This document shows positions 26,121 through 34,935 of a stretch of 36,467 bases of DNA, piece after piece. This stretch comes from a virus. The notes under the pieces were generated by a model. That model made no database searches. It was given only the letters and a program-made list of their open reading frames with translations, and was not told the origin of the DNA. Made by a program: the position numbers and the translations under genes. The stretch lies in the IMG/VR virus record IMGVR_UViG_3300020414_000004, one strand, 5' to 3'. Each line of letters opens with the position of its first letter. Position 1 is the stretch's first letter.

Positions 26121-27194
26121 ATGCAAACTAGAAAAACAGATAACAAAAATACTAACCTGGTTATGATCACACGCCATTTTAAGGACGATATTTCATTGCC
26201 AACTTATACAACCTATTATGCAAAACTGTATGAAAAGGGCCGCAAAAACCCCAGGTTAAAAAAAATAGGAATATCAACCGAGCAAGTTAGCCTGGCGGTT
26301 ATGCGGGAACGATGCCGCTTGTACATTGAGGAACACGGCCGTTTCGGTAGGTCAAGCCACACACTTGACCAGGCTTTTTATGAAATCTATTTAGGCGAAC
26401 TAAAAAAGAAATCAGCTAAAACAATCGACGACATAAAAAGAAATTATGAAAAAGATATAAAGCCTCATTTTGGCAAAATGCTTATGAGCGATATTGATTC
26501 GCCAATGATATTGTCCTGGTTTAATAAATTAACCGAACGAACTGAGGGCGGGGCCAACCATTGTTTGTCAATTTTAAAAGCTATGTTTACTTTATGTATG
26601 GCCCTAGGGGTTTGTAAGCACAACCCTTGTTTGCCTATTAAGAAGAACCCGGACAAGGAAAGAACTAGGTCATTTACCCAGGGGGAACTAATTGCTTTTA
26701 GGGCCGCATTAAAAGAAGCTAAGTCCAGGTCAATTTATGCCTGGAGTTTTATTATGCTAATGTTTTTGACTGGGGCCCGAAAAGGCGAACTAGCCAGGGC
26801 AACTTGGGGCGACATAAAAGGCGAAAGCATAGTTTTAACGGATCACAAAACCAAACATAAAACCGGCAAGGATAGATATATTTATTTAAACGACCTTGCA
26901 AAAGCTGTAATAAATAATTTACCAGTCGGCCAGGATCACGAAACAATTTTAAAAATCAAGGATCCTAGAACTGTTTGGGAAACTATGATGCGAAAAGCAA
27001 ATATAAAAGATTTTAGAATGCACGACTTAAGGCACAATTTTGCCTCGGCCGGTGTAAATAGTGGCTTAGATATTATTAGAACGGCCGCATTAACGGGCCA
27101 TATGAGTTTGAATTCTATGAAAAGGTATCAAAGGCCTAATATTGAAAGGAAGTTAAAAGACACAAAAATAATTGAAAATCAATTAACCAATTAA
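26121..27194 (+). CDS. int: Tyrosine recombinase (phage integrase)
   Basis: LTGARKGEL (Arg), HDLRHNFAS (His-x-x-Arg), GHMSLNSMKRY (His ... Tyr). Confidence 0.9.
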   Translation: MQTRKTDNKNTNLVMITRHFKDDISLPTYTTYYAKLYEKGRKNPRLKKIGISTEQVSLAVMRERCRLYIEEHGRFGRSSHTLDQAFYEIYLGELKKKSAKTIDDIKRNYEKDIKPHFGKMLMSDIDSPMILSWFNKLTERTEGGANHCLSILKAMFTLCMALGVCKHNPCLPIKKNPDKERTRSFTQGELIAFRAALKEAKSRSIYAWSFIMLMFLTGARKGELARATWGDIKGESIVLTDHKTKHKTGKDRYIYLNDLAKAVINNLPVGQDHETILKIKDPRTVWETMMRKANIKDFRMHDLRHNFASAGVNSGLDIIRTAALTGHMSLNSMKRYQRPNIERKLKDTKIIENQLTN

Positions 27195-27449
27195 TTTGTT
27201 TCCCTGGCTATCTCTTTTATATTTAGTTTCTAATTCTAAATCGATATAGTGCTTGGCTTTTAATAAGTCTTGCACTTTATCGTCCTCGTTGCCTTTATCC
27301 CGGCAAATATATTTCACAACATTACCTAGGCAATAACTAAGTTTGTTGGCCAAAATAAATTTAATTGGTTGGATCCCTAAGACTTTGTAATGGCCCCCGC
27401 CTACTTGAACATCACTCGCAGAAATTTTTTTTTTCGACAATTTTTCCAT
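27183..27449 (-). CDS. DUF3310-family protein
   Basis: GGGHYKVLGIQPIKF...LGNVVKYICRDKG...DLLKAKHYIDLEL. Convergent with int, overlapping it by 12 nt. Confidence 0.7.
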   Translation of the reverse strand: MEKLSKKKISASDVQVGGGHYKVLGIQPIKFILANKLSYCLGNVVKYICRDKGNEDDKVQDLLKAKHYIDLELETKYKRDSQGNKLIG

Positions 27450-27631
27450 CCTGGCTAATTATTTTCATTGATCAATTATAAGATAGTACGGAATTTAATA
27501 ACAGTTAGTGCAAACATTATCCGCAATTTTTTTTAATTAATTTCTGTCGTCTACTTGCTTTTTGAATCCGACATAGGTCATAATTTGGCCTCATAAGGTT
27601 TCACATAACTAGCGATGGAAAAAATTATAGG
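27450..27631. promoter_or_regulatory. Divergent intergenic control region (leftward DUF3310 gene, rightward early replication operon)
   Basis: 182-nt AT-rich non-coding region. Contains ttgctt-N18-cataat and the 10-mer tagtacggaa (27484-27493). Confidence 0.4.
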
Positions 27632-27829
27632 ATGGAAAGCTCTATAAAATTATTAACAACTAAAGAGGTCGCCGCCTTTTTAAAGATCAGTCCAGTGACT
27701 TTAGAAATGTGGAGAGCCGAAAACAAAGGCCCAAAATTTATTAAAGTGGGCCGCTATGTGAGATATAGCACGACTGATTTAGCAGAATATGTGAGGAGAC
27801 AAACCCGTGGAACTGATCCAGGCCAATAG
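27632..27829 (+). CDS. Excisionase/AlpA-family HTH DNA-binding protein
   Basis: LLTTKEVAAFLKISPVTLEMWRAENKGPKFIKVGRYVRYSTTDLAEYV. Confidence 0.75.
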   Translation: MESSIKLLTTKEVAAFLKISPVTLEMWRAENKGPKFIKVGRYVRYSTTDLAEYVRRQTRGTDPGQ

Positions 27830-27842
27830 GATTTATGTAGTT

Positions 27843-28586
27843 ATGCCAAGTAAACACGCAATGTGCTCCCCGTCCGCTTTCAATCGTTGGGCCAACTGCC
27901 CGGCATCAGCAAAACAAAACCAAATTTTTAGAGGCGAGTCGTCATATGCGGCCGTTGAGGGAACTGTCTGCCACGAAATTGCAGAAATGGGTTTAAAAGA
28001 ATTAGTCCAGGGAATTAGCCTGGAGGATTATTGGTTAGGCCGTGACGTAGAGGTCGATAATATAAATGTAAAAGTCACACAGACTTTAATCGACACCGCC
28101 AAAGTCCATATAGAATATTGTAGAGAGCGAGAGAGAGAGCTAGAGGGCCGTCTCCTTATTGAAGAGCAAGTCGAAATGAATGAGATTAGCGACGCAGTTT
28201 GGGGCACGAGCGACACCTTAATACTTTCAAAAAAGGAATTTAACACGATTGAGATCGTGGATTTTAAGGCCGGAAAGTGGCCTGTCAAAGTGGACAATAA
28301 TCCGCAACTCAAAATATATGGATTAGGTGCCCTTAGTCGTTATGGCAACGAAAATACTAAGATCATAATGACTATTGTCCAACCAAGGACGCCTGGCAAA
28401 AAACCTAAAATAAATTCTGCCGAGACAACGGCCGAGGCTTTAGTCGATTGGGGTTATTCAACCTTAAAAGACGCCGTCGAGCGTTGCCTGGAGGATGAAC
28501 CCGTTTACAAGGCGGGGGATTGGTGTCGTTTTTGTGCTTATAAAGAACATTGCGACGAATTCAATAACACTTTTACTAAGGAGTAA
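27843..28586 (+). CDS. Cas4/RecB-like PD-(D/E)XK exonuclease (DUF2800-like)
   Basis: MPSKHAMCSPSAFNRWANCP, VDFKAGKWPV, NPQLKIYGL, and the C-terminal Cys cluster CRFCAYKEHC. The track start GTG 27807 is less likely. Confidence 0.75.
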   Translation: MPSKHAMCSPSAFNRWANCPASAKQNQIFRGESSYAAVEGTVCHEIAEMGLKELVQGISLEDYWLGRDVEVDNINVKVTQTLIDTAKVHIEYCRERERELEGRLLIEEQVEMNEISDAVWGTSDTLILSKKEFNTIEIVDFKAGKWPVKVDNNPQLKIYGLGALSRYGNENTKIIMTIVQPRTPGKKPKINSAETTAEALVDWGYSTLKDAVERCLEDEPVYKAGDWCRFCAYKEHCDEFNNTFTKE

Positions 28587-28588
28587 AT

Positions 28589-28936
28589 ATGAGTGGAAAT
28601 ACCGATAAGCCGAAGTTCTCGGCCTCCTGGGATGAGCCTTGCTTAACCAGGACAGAGGATGACGGATCCAAAACTGAATGGTATGAGAGAGACCTTAGTG
28701 GGCCCACAATGCAAATTATGGCCGACCTACTTTCTTATATTGATCAGTCAAGTAAGCTGATGTCACAGTTTGAGAATGCTCAAGTCATTGTGCAACATAT
28801 GGCATCGTTAAATAAAAACCAGGAACTACTATTTGAAAAATTAGTAGCTAACAACCAGGGCAAGAAAATTGTCGAAGGTGCCGGGACTATGCAAGTAGTG
28901 TCAAAAATTAATGGGGGTAAAAATGAGCCTAAGTGA
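28589..28936 (+). CDS. Hypothetical protein in the recombination module
   Basis: 115-aa ORF. Confidence 0.55.
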   Translation: MSGNTDKPKFSASWDEPCLTRTEDDGSKTEWYERDLSGPTMQIMADLLSYIDQSSKLMSQFENAQVIVQHMASLNKNQELLFEKLVANNQGKKIVEGAGTMQVVSKINGGKNEPK

Positions 28937-29687
28937 TATTAGAAAAAAATCAAAACTCAAGCCTCCAAGATTACTGATCTACGGAACTGCCGGAGTTGGT
29001 AAAACTAGTTTTGGGGCCTCAATGGATAAAAGTATATTTTTACTTGCCGAGGATGGCCTGGGAACTATTCAAGCAGAACACTTTCCGGTGGCGAAATCTT
29101 GGGAAGAGTTTAAAGGACGCCTGGAGACATTAATAAAAGAGGATCACGAATTTAAATCCTTAATTATTGATTCAGTTGATTGGTTAGAGCCTCTTATTTG
29201 GAAATATGTTTGTGATAAAAATAAGTGGGCCAACATTGACTCGCCTGGATATGGCCGAGGTTTCACGGCCGCTTTAGATGTGTGGCGTGAATATACCGAC
29301 TTGCTTTCAATATTAAGAGAGCAAAAAGGTATGGTCATATGTCAAATTGCTCATTGCATTATTAAGCGACACGAGGATCCGGAGACGGAAGCATATGACA
29401 GGTACACAATAAAATTAAATCAAAAGGCCTCGGACTTGCTCCAGGAGAATAGCGATTGCGTTTTATTTATGTCCTATAAAAAAGGTACAGTCAAAACTCA
29501 AGGCAAAGGCGGTAGCAATGTCAAAGTGGTAAGCGGCGACAGAGTTATTTATACCGAGGAAAGAGCAAGTCACTTGGCAAAAAATAGGTATCAATTACCT
29601 TATGAAATGCCGTTTGATTGGCAAAAAATTCGTGCCGAAATTGCCTCTAATGCAAAACCTAAAGAGTCGGAAGCTAATGCAGACTAA
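28923..29687 (+). CDS. Sak4-like RecA-fold ATPase (AAA_24-like) single-strand annealing/recombination protein
   Basis: Walker A LLIYGTAGVGKTSF and Walker B-like LIIDSVDWLE. Likely start is ATG 28923. Confidence 0.7.
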   Translation: MSLSDIRKKSKLKPPRLLIYGTAGVGKTSFGASMDKSIFLLAEDGLGTIQAEHFPVAKSWEEFKGRLETLIKEDHEFKSLIIDSVDWLEPLIWKYVCDKNKWANIDSPGYGRGFTAALDVWREYTDLLSILREQKGMVICQIAHCIIKRHEDPETEAYDRYTIKLNQKASDLLQENSDCVLFMSYKKGTVKTQGKGGSNVKVVSGDRVIYTEERASHLAKNRYQLPYEMPFDWQKIRAEIASNAKPKESEANAD

Positions 29688-29931
29688 CGATGATTTAGAA
29701 ATGGCCAGGCAAGACCAGGCTATTGAGTTTGCAAAAGAGCAAGACTTAGAAATCATAAAAGCAAAAGTGCAAGAGGCTTATAGGCTTCTTGTGCCTTTTG
29801 TTGAAAAGTATGGCGGACAGTTTCAAACAGACTTTCCGCACGGCTTGATTGATGAGTCTCAAGATTTATTAACCAAAATCCGAGAGTTTGTAAATTTCAT
29901 AGAGGACTATGAAAATTATGATCTTGGATAA
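29677..29931 (+). CDS. Hypothetical 84-aa protein
   Basis: ATG 29677 (MQTNDDLEMARQ...) lies in the 29602 ORF frame. Confidence 0.5.
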   Translation: MQTNDDLEMARQDQAIEFAKEQDLEIIKAKVQEAYRLLVPFVEKYGGQFQTDFPHGLIDESQDLLTKIREFVNFIEDYENYDLG

Positions 29932-29948
29932 TTTATAAGGAGAAGAAA

Positions 29949-30482
29949 ATGGAAACACCATTTAACTTTGACGATGGCGAACAACCGGCCGCTAGTAATG
30001 GCGGCGGTAAATTGCCGGAGGGCCGTTATAACTTTGAATTTGTTAGAGTGGCCGGGGCCGATGATAATGCCGAGAATGGTATTGTGACCGGTAAAAATGA
30101 TTGGAAGGCCTTAAAATTAATTTTTAAGATGATCAATAGCAACATCGATAAAGATTTATTTTTTAGCACTACATTCACAACAGACTACGATCCGACGGCA
30201 GTTGCCAAGGACGGCAAGACTAATAAGCGTGAAATGCTTTTGGATATGAGCAAGGCAAATTATAAAGCCTTATGTCATTTTGCCGGGGCGGATTTGAAAA
30301 ACACCGACTCGCTAGTAGGTAGGAAAGTTTCTTGCTTATGTGTGCAAGGAGACGGAGGCTACCTGGAACTTGATCCTGGCCCAAGAGGAAATAATTGGGA
30401 CGCTTTTACAGAGGAAAATAAAAGCGTGGACAAGCCTGGTAGCGGTGTCCTGGATGTGGATGATGATGACATTCCTTTTTAG
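29949..30482 (+). CDS. SSB-like single-stranded DNA-binding protein (DUF669-like) with a canonical acidic tail
   Basis: The C-terminus ...LDVDDDDIPF matches the bacterial SSB tip motif DDDIPF. Synteny with the Sak4 and Cas4-like genes supports the call. Confidence 0.65.
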   Translation: METPFNFDDGEQPAASNGGGKLPEGRYNFEFVRVAGADDNAENGIVTGKNDWKALKLIFKMINSNIDKDLFFSTTFTTDYDPTAVAKDGKTNKREMLLDMSKANYKALCHFAGADLKNTDSLVGRKVSCLCVQGDGGYLELDPGPRGNNWDAFTEENKSVDKPGSGVLDVDDDDIPF

Positions 30483-30484
30483 GA

Positions 30485-30850
30485 GTGGCATTTCCTTACA
30501 CAAAATTTCCCTCGCTCTGCGGTCATTGTTTGGCCCCAGGGCGAGGATTTTATTTAGAATTTAATAATAAATATTATGCGGGATGTTCAATGAAACACCT
30601 GGACGAATTAAGAGAGGCCCTTGCGGCCGGAAAAAAATTACAAATATCGGCGGCGGGGAATCCGGAGGCCATCGATGTTGCAATGACTCAAATAAAAGAA
30701 AAATATAAAGAATACTCAGACAAGGCCGGAACTTTTGTAATGCACGAGTGGGCCCAGGAAGATAGAAAACAGTTTTTTAAATTCTTTATTGCTTATTATT
30801 TAAGTTATGAAACGGAGATTGCTAAAAATGGAATGCCGCCAGGGGACTAA
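30485..30850 (+). CDS. Hypothetical protein
   Basis: GTG 30485 or ATG 30590 are possible starts. The start is uncertain. Confidence 0.45.
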   Translation: MAFPYTKFPSLCGHCLAPGRGFYLEFNNKYYAGCSMKHLDELREALAAGKKLQISAAGNPEAIDVAMTQIKEKYKEYSDKAGTFVMHEWAQEDRKQFFKFFIAYYLSYETEIAKNGMPPGD

Positions 30851-30852
30851 AA

Positions 30853-32697
30853 GTGGTAGATATAACGAAGATATGGGGCGACTTAGATCAAGACGAGAAT
30901 TTTGTTTATAAAGACGAAAACAAAACTATTGCTGATTTAATTACGCAAATGAATAAAGACGGCCTTGATGTCGTCACAATCGATACAAGTGGATCCGTAC
31001 AAAGAGTTAAAGTTAGAGCAACGCCTCAAACTAGGCCCGATACTGGCCAAGAAAAAAGTGGTTGGTACTTTTTTTATGACAATGGTAATGGAAACTTTTT
31101 TTGCAATTATGGTAATTGGCGGACAGGAGAGTCTTATAAGTTTGCATCAAAGCAATTTAATGAGTTTGATCCAGGCGAACAGATAAAAATAAAACAAGAG
31201 TTAGAGCGACGCCTGGAAGAAGCACAAAGGGAAAGGGAGGCTAATCAAAAAGAGGTGGCCTTACAATGCCAGGAGAAATGGGAAAGACTGAGCGAGGTCA
31301 CTGATCATAAGTACCTGGATAATAAAAAAATAAAAAATTATGGGGCCCGGTTAGCAAATGAAAAATTAGTAGTGCCTTTATATTCCTCTAATAATGGGCC
31401 ACAAATAACAAGCCTTCAATATATAGACAAAGACGGAAATAAAAGATTTACGAGCGGCGGCCTTGTCAAAGGATCCATATTTAATGTTGGCTTTAGTTTT
31501 AATGAGTGGGACTCTATAAAAAAATTAGTGATTGTTGAGGGTTATGCTACCGCTATGAGCGTTTATATGGCCACTAACTTGCCGACTGTTTGTGTTTTTA
31601 GTGCAAATTTTGCCTTAGAGGCGGTTTCTAATATTAGAAAATATTGCAATGCTGAAATAATTTTGGCCCTGGATAATGACAAAAGTGGCGTTGGCCAAAG
31701 CCAGGCCGACAAAGTTGCGGCGGCCGTTCATAATTGTAGAGTTAAAGTGCCCCTGGAACTTGGCTATGACTTTAATGATGTCCACATTGAGCAAGGACTA
31801 GAAGAGGTCAAAAGACAATTAACAATTAGTGCATTTAATATTAAGGCCAACACTTTAAGAAGCCTAGACTCTAACCCGCCGCAAAGAGAGTGGTTAGTTG
31901 AGGGCCTAATTGAGTCAAGCAAGAACGGAGTTATTGCAGCAATCGGAGGCGTTGGAAAAAGTTTTATATGCCTGGACTTATGTCATAGCGTTGCAAAGGG
32001 CAACGGCTTTTTTATGGGTAAGCCAATAAATAAAAAAGGCAATGCAATATATATAACGGCCGAGGACGATTTAGCGGAAACGCATAGGCGAATAAATGCG
32101 TTGGATCCTGGCGGCGATAGATTTAGCTCTTTATATGATGTCTATATAATAAGTGTTCCAGAATTAGCGAGGCCATTAACACTAATAAAGTCGGACAGTG
32201 CTAATGGCCTCCACATAACAAAACAAGCATATGACCTAGTAGATAGCCTGGAGTCTATTCCTAACCTGGAATTAGTTGTCCTGGATCCTATCCAGGCGTT
32301 TGTTGGGGCCCCGACAAATGATAATGAGGTGGGCCAGTTATATAGCCAATTATGTCAAATGATCAGTAGCAAATATAATTGTTGCACATTGAGCGTACAC
32401 CATATGTCAAAAGCCGGGTTGGTTAGCATTGATGACCCAATGGCGGCGAGGCAATCAATCAGAGGGGCCTCGGCCTTAGTGGACTCGACTAGGTTTTGTT
32501 TGGCCTTATTTCTTTGCGACGAAGATAGCGGCCGGGAAATATGTCTTAAATATGGCGTTGAATATGACCGGCTAAAAGTAATTAGGGCGGCCGTTGTTAA
32601 GGCTAATAGTGACGCTGATATGAGCGTTAAAACTATGATCAGACGTGAAAATGTCCTGGAAATGGTCAATAAAGAAGAGGATATAAAATGGAATTAG
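30853..32697 (+). CDS. Bifunctional Toprim primase / RepA-DnaB-like (AAA_25-type) helicase
   Basis: Toprim VIVEGYATAMSV...LDNDKSGVGQ, Walker A AAIGGVGKSF and Walker B VVLDPIQAF. Confidence 0.8.
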   Translation: MVDITKIWGDLDQDENFVYKDENKTIADLITQMNKDGLDVVTIDTSGSVQRVKVRATPQTRPDTGQEKSGWYFFYDNGNGNFFCNYGNWRTGESYKFASKQFNEFDPGEQIKIKQELERRLEEAQREREANQKEVALQCQEKWERLSEVTDHKYLDNKKIKNYGARLANEKLVVPLYSSNNGPQITSLQYIDKDGNKRFTSGGLVKGSIFNVGFSFNEWDSIKKLVIVEGYATAMSVYMATNLPTVCVFSANFALEAVSNIRKYCNAEIILALDNDKSGVGQSQADKVAAAVHNCRVKVPLELGYDFNDVHIEQGLEEVKRQLTISAFNIKANTLRSLDSNPPQREWLVEGLIESSKNGVIAAIGGVGKSFICLDLCHSVAKGNGFFMGKPINKKGNAIYITAEDDLAETHRRINALDPGGDRFSSLYDVYIISVPELARPLTLIKSDSANGLHITKQAYDLVDSLESIPNLELVVLDPIQAFVGAPTNDNEVGQLYSQLCQMISSKYNCCTLSVHHMSKAGLVSIDDPMAARQSIRGASALVDSTRFCLALFLCDEDSGREICLKYGVEYDRLKVIRAAVVKANSDADMSVKTMIRRENVLEMVNKEEDIKWN

Positions 32698-33040
32698 CGA
32701 CCATATGTGTACCCACAAAGGCCCTCGTTTGCGACCATAGGGGTACCCACATAGACATATATAGGAACATATATATTGGCACGGCCCTGGAGGGGCCGGG
32801 CCAATTCAGTAGGAGTGTGAATTGATTGTGGATAATGCGGCCAGGGGGAAGGCGAGTGCCAGGGAAAAAGATTGTTATATCTTTGAGTTAGGCGGAAGCC
32901 TTACCAGGGGAAGACAGCGTATAAAAATTAGGTACAGTTTTTAATAGGACAATTAGTACTATTAAAAGTTGGTAATAATCGAATACAGTTTAAAGGAACA
33001 TTAAACAAACATTTAATAAACAGAAAAGGAGGAAACTTAA
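32697..33040. promoter_or_regulatory. Candidate replication origin / regulatory non-coding region
   Basis: 21-bp direct repeats at 32697-32717 and 32731-32751 (19/21 identical), an AT-rich tract at 32752-32777, a 12-bp-stem hairpin at 32776-32804, and three CCAGGG(G)AA copies at 32841, 32859 and 32904. Confidence 0.5.
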
Positions 33041-33121
33041 ATGTGCAATTTAATAAAAGATGTAGATTTATATAAGGCTCGTCAATGGGGCGTTATGATA
33101 AACGGGATGATGGGCCCGTGA
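33041..33121 (+). CDS. 26-aa ORF with a strong SD (possible leader peptide)
   Basis: aaaggagg lies 7 nt before the ATG. Sequence: MCNLIKDVDLYKARQWGVMINGMMGP. Confidence 0.3.
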   Translation: MCNLIKDVDLYKARQWGVMINGMMGP

Positions 33122-33492
33122 ATGTAGGTCTAAAGATGCTTGAGTCGATTGATTACAGTTTGTGTCACGAAGACTCACCCGAACATAGATTTTATACTCA
33201 GTCTATGTTGCACAATATGATTTGCAATTATTTATTTTTAAACAAGGACGTTAACCTGGAGAGAATTTGCCGACATATACCAAAGCGTATCGGTGGCCGC
33301 ACGACTATTTATGAAGTGCTTACCCAGGGTTTAGGATCCGGTTTATTTAATAAGCAAAGTGACGACCAGGATAAAAGATTAAGAATTTATACCCTGGCAG
33401 ACGGGTTATGGCATCATATGGAAAGGTATTGGCTTAAGCCTTTTGAGGATACTGGGGAAGAAGATGAAAGGTTATTATCGAAGAAAAAGTAA
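33085..33492 (+). CDS. Hypothetical protein
   Basis: 135-aa ORF. The real start may be ATG 33136 (MLESIDY...). Confidence 0.55.
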   Translation: MGRYDKRDDGPVNVGLKMLESIDYSLCHEDSPEHRFYTQSMLHNMICNYLFLNKDVNLERICRHIPKRIGGRTTIYEVLTQGLGSGLFNKQSDDQDKRLRIYTLADGLWHHMERYWLKPFEDTGEEDERLLSKKK

Positions 33493-33931
33493 TTTTGATA
33501 ATTATTGGTGGATCACAACAAGTCTGCCAGGCAAAGATAGTGCTGAAATAAACATACGAGTAGCAAACCATTTTAAATCATACGGGCCATTAAAAGCGTC
33601 CGTATGGTTTTGGTTTAGAAATAAAGTAGCAAACAGAAAAGATTTATCAAGCCGGGACAAAATGGTTGCCTGGGCGATTGCTGAAAGATATCGAGGTCAA
33701 TCATTTAGTACCTGGGACAGCTTTACTTATTTAGCCGCAATGGTGGGCCTTAATAGAAAAACAGTGCACAAGGCTATCGTCGAACTAATGGCAAAGAATG
33801 TTATTTGGGTTGTCCTGGAGGGCCAGGAAAAGATTGGCGTTAGCAAATTAGTCAGTAAGCGACAAAAGAAACATATAATTTTATGCGGCCTTAATTTTAT
33901 CCTGGCCGAGGAGATAAACAAAAATGAATAA
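33464..33931 (+). CDS. Winged-helix DNA-binding protein (possible replication initiator/regulator)
   Basis: LAAMVGLNRKTVHKAIVELMAKNVIWVV is HTH-like. ATG 33464 follows ggggaag. Confidence 0.5.
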   Translation: MKGYYRRKSNFDNYWWITTSLPGKDSAEINIRVANHFKSYGPLKASVWFWFRNKVANRKDLSSRDKMVAWAIAERYRGQSFSTWDSFTYLAAMVGLNRKTVHKAIVELMAKNVIWVVLEGQEKIGVSKLVSKRQKKHIILCGLNFILAEEINKNE

Positions 33932-34139
33932 GAAGAGTTTTTTAGAAAGCATAAGCGATACTTTTATTGGCTTATGTATTAACTTTCCCCTGGGGTTTAC
34001 TGTCCTGGTAATAATGACCTGGTTTACAAGCAATCCTTTATATATTAGCGGGGCCCAGACCATAGTCTTGACAATTACTGCAATTATAAGGCGGTACCTA
34101 ACAAGAGAGTTCTTTCGGATCCGTGTAAATGCAGACTAA
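33924..34139 (+). CDS. Small two-TM membrane protein
   Basis: FIGLCINFPLGFTVLVIMTWF and ISGAQTIVLTITAIIRRY. Confidence 0.5.
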   Translation: MNKKSFLESISDTFIGLCINFPLGFTVLVIMTWFTSNPLYISGAQTIVLTITAIIRRYLTREFFRIRVNAD

Positions 34140-34220
34140 TGATGTTATGATCATAAAAGATTTGGAGCCTGGACACACACACTCCCCTTAATTCTCCCAA
34201 AAAGGTCTAGGCTCCACCAA

Positions 34221-34403
34221 CTACATTTTCAAGCTAATCAAAGTCAGTAAACAAATTAATAAAATATTTGTCAGAAATAAATTTAGGCAAAGGATAGTGT
34301 GGTACCACACCCAACGAGTCTTATAAGCATTCTCTATATTAACCCTGGTGTCAGTATCCACTAGCAACCTCGGCAAAATAAATAATTGTATTAACGCCAA
34401 CAT
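34221..34403 (-). CDS. Hypothetical hydrophobic ORF (doubtful)
   Basis: Track ORF only. It overlaps the better-supported 34351-34455 ORF. Confidence 0.2.
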   Translation of the reverse strand: MLALIQLFILPRLLVDTDTRVNIENAYKTRWVWYHTILCLNLFLTNILLICLLTLISLKM

Positions 34404-34455
34404 ATGTCGCCATTATTAAAAGCAGTAAGCAAAACCAAAATAACTGTTCGTTCAT
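34351..34455 (-). CDS. 34-aa membrane peptide, hypothetical
   Basis: MNEQLFWFCLLLLIMATYVGVNTIIYFAEVASGY, with an ATGA overlap with the upstream ORF. Confidence 0.35.
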   Translation of the reverse strand: MNEQLFWFCLLLLIMATYVGVNTIIYFAEVASGY

Positions 34456-34559
34456 TTATTCTTTGCCTCTTTAATTTTATATTTGGCTTTAAGTCTTTCT
34501 AAAGACTTTTCCGAAATGCGGCCGTTAGGCCAAGACTTAGTCTTAATTTCTTTTTTCAT
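34452..34559 (-). CDS. 35-aa basic peptide, hypothetical
   Basis: MKKEIKTKSWPNGRISEKSLERLKAKYKIKEAKNK, with ATGA overlaps on both sides. Confidence 0.4.
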   Translation of the reverse strand: MKKEIKTKSWPNGRISEKSLERLKAKYKIKEAKNK

Positions 34560-34636
34560 ACTAAATATATTTCCATATTGTAAACAAAGGCCACAATAAT
34601 TATGGCCATAAATAAAATTATAAAATTCTTAATCAT
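34556..34636 (-). CDS. 26-aa hydrophobic peptide, hypothetical
   Basis: MIKNFIILFMAIIIVAFVYNMEIYLV, with ATGA overlaps on both sides. Confidence 0.35.
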   Translation of the reverse strand: MIKNFIILFMAIIIVAFVYNMEIYLV

Positions 34637-34935
34637 TTTTTTAACATCTCTTTCCAGGCCTTTTTAATTTTTGCCTGGCTTAGTTTATCAAAGACCTCAA
34701 GGGGATAAATATTTCTATCGCCAAAGCCAATGTCGTCCTTAACCTGGTATGAAGCAAAAGTCTTAACATACTCACGGCCGTCAATTACCTGGATGTCATA
34801 TAAATAACAATCCGTGTGAATTTCACAGCATTTCATTTTATTAAAGTCATCGGGCCCAACTGTCGTTGCATCCCCGGCAATATCTATCCACATTAAATTT
34901 AATTTTTTATGGTAGCGTTCTCCTATTTTAATCAT
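34633..34935 (-). CDS. Hypothetical early protein
   Basis: 100 aa from ATG 34935 (MIKIGERYHKK...). The track start at 34941 is a TTG. Confidence 0.6.
   Translation of the reverse strand: MIKIGERYHKKLNLMWIDIAGDATTVGPDDFNKMKCCEIHTDCYLYDIQVIDGREYVKTFASYQVKDDIGFGDRNIYPLEVFDKLSQAKIKKAWKEMLKK

Noticed and set aside
30340-31186. Out-of-frame ORFs 30340-30564 and 30965-31186
   Set aside because: They overlap the SSB-like and primase CDSs, which have clear motifs. They have no SD and an unconvincing composition.
34164-34216. Bidirectional terminator between the convergent gene sets (tggagcct ... aggctcca)
   Set aside because: The 8-bp arms are separated by about 37 nt and there is no flanking T-run. 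That is too weak to call, although transcription must end near here.
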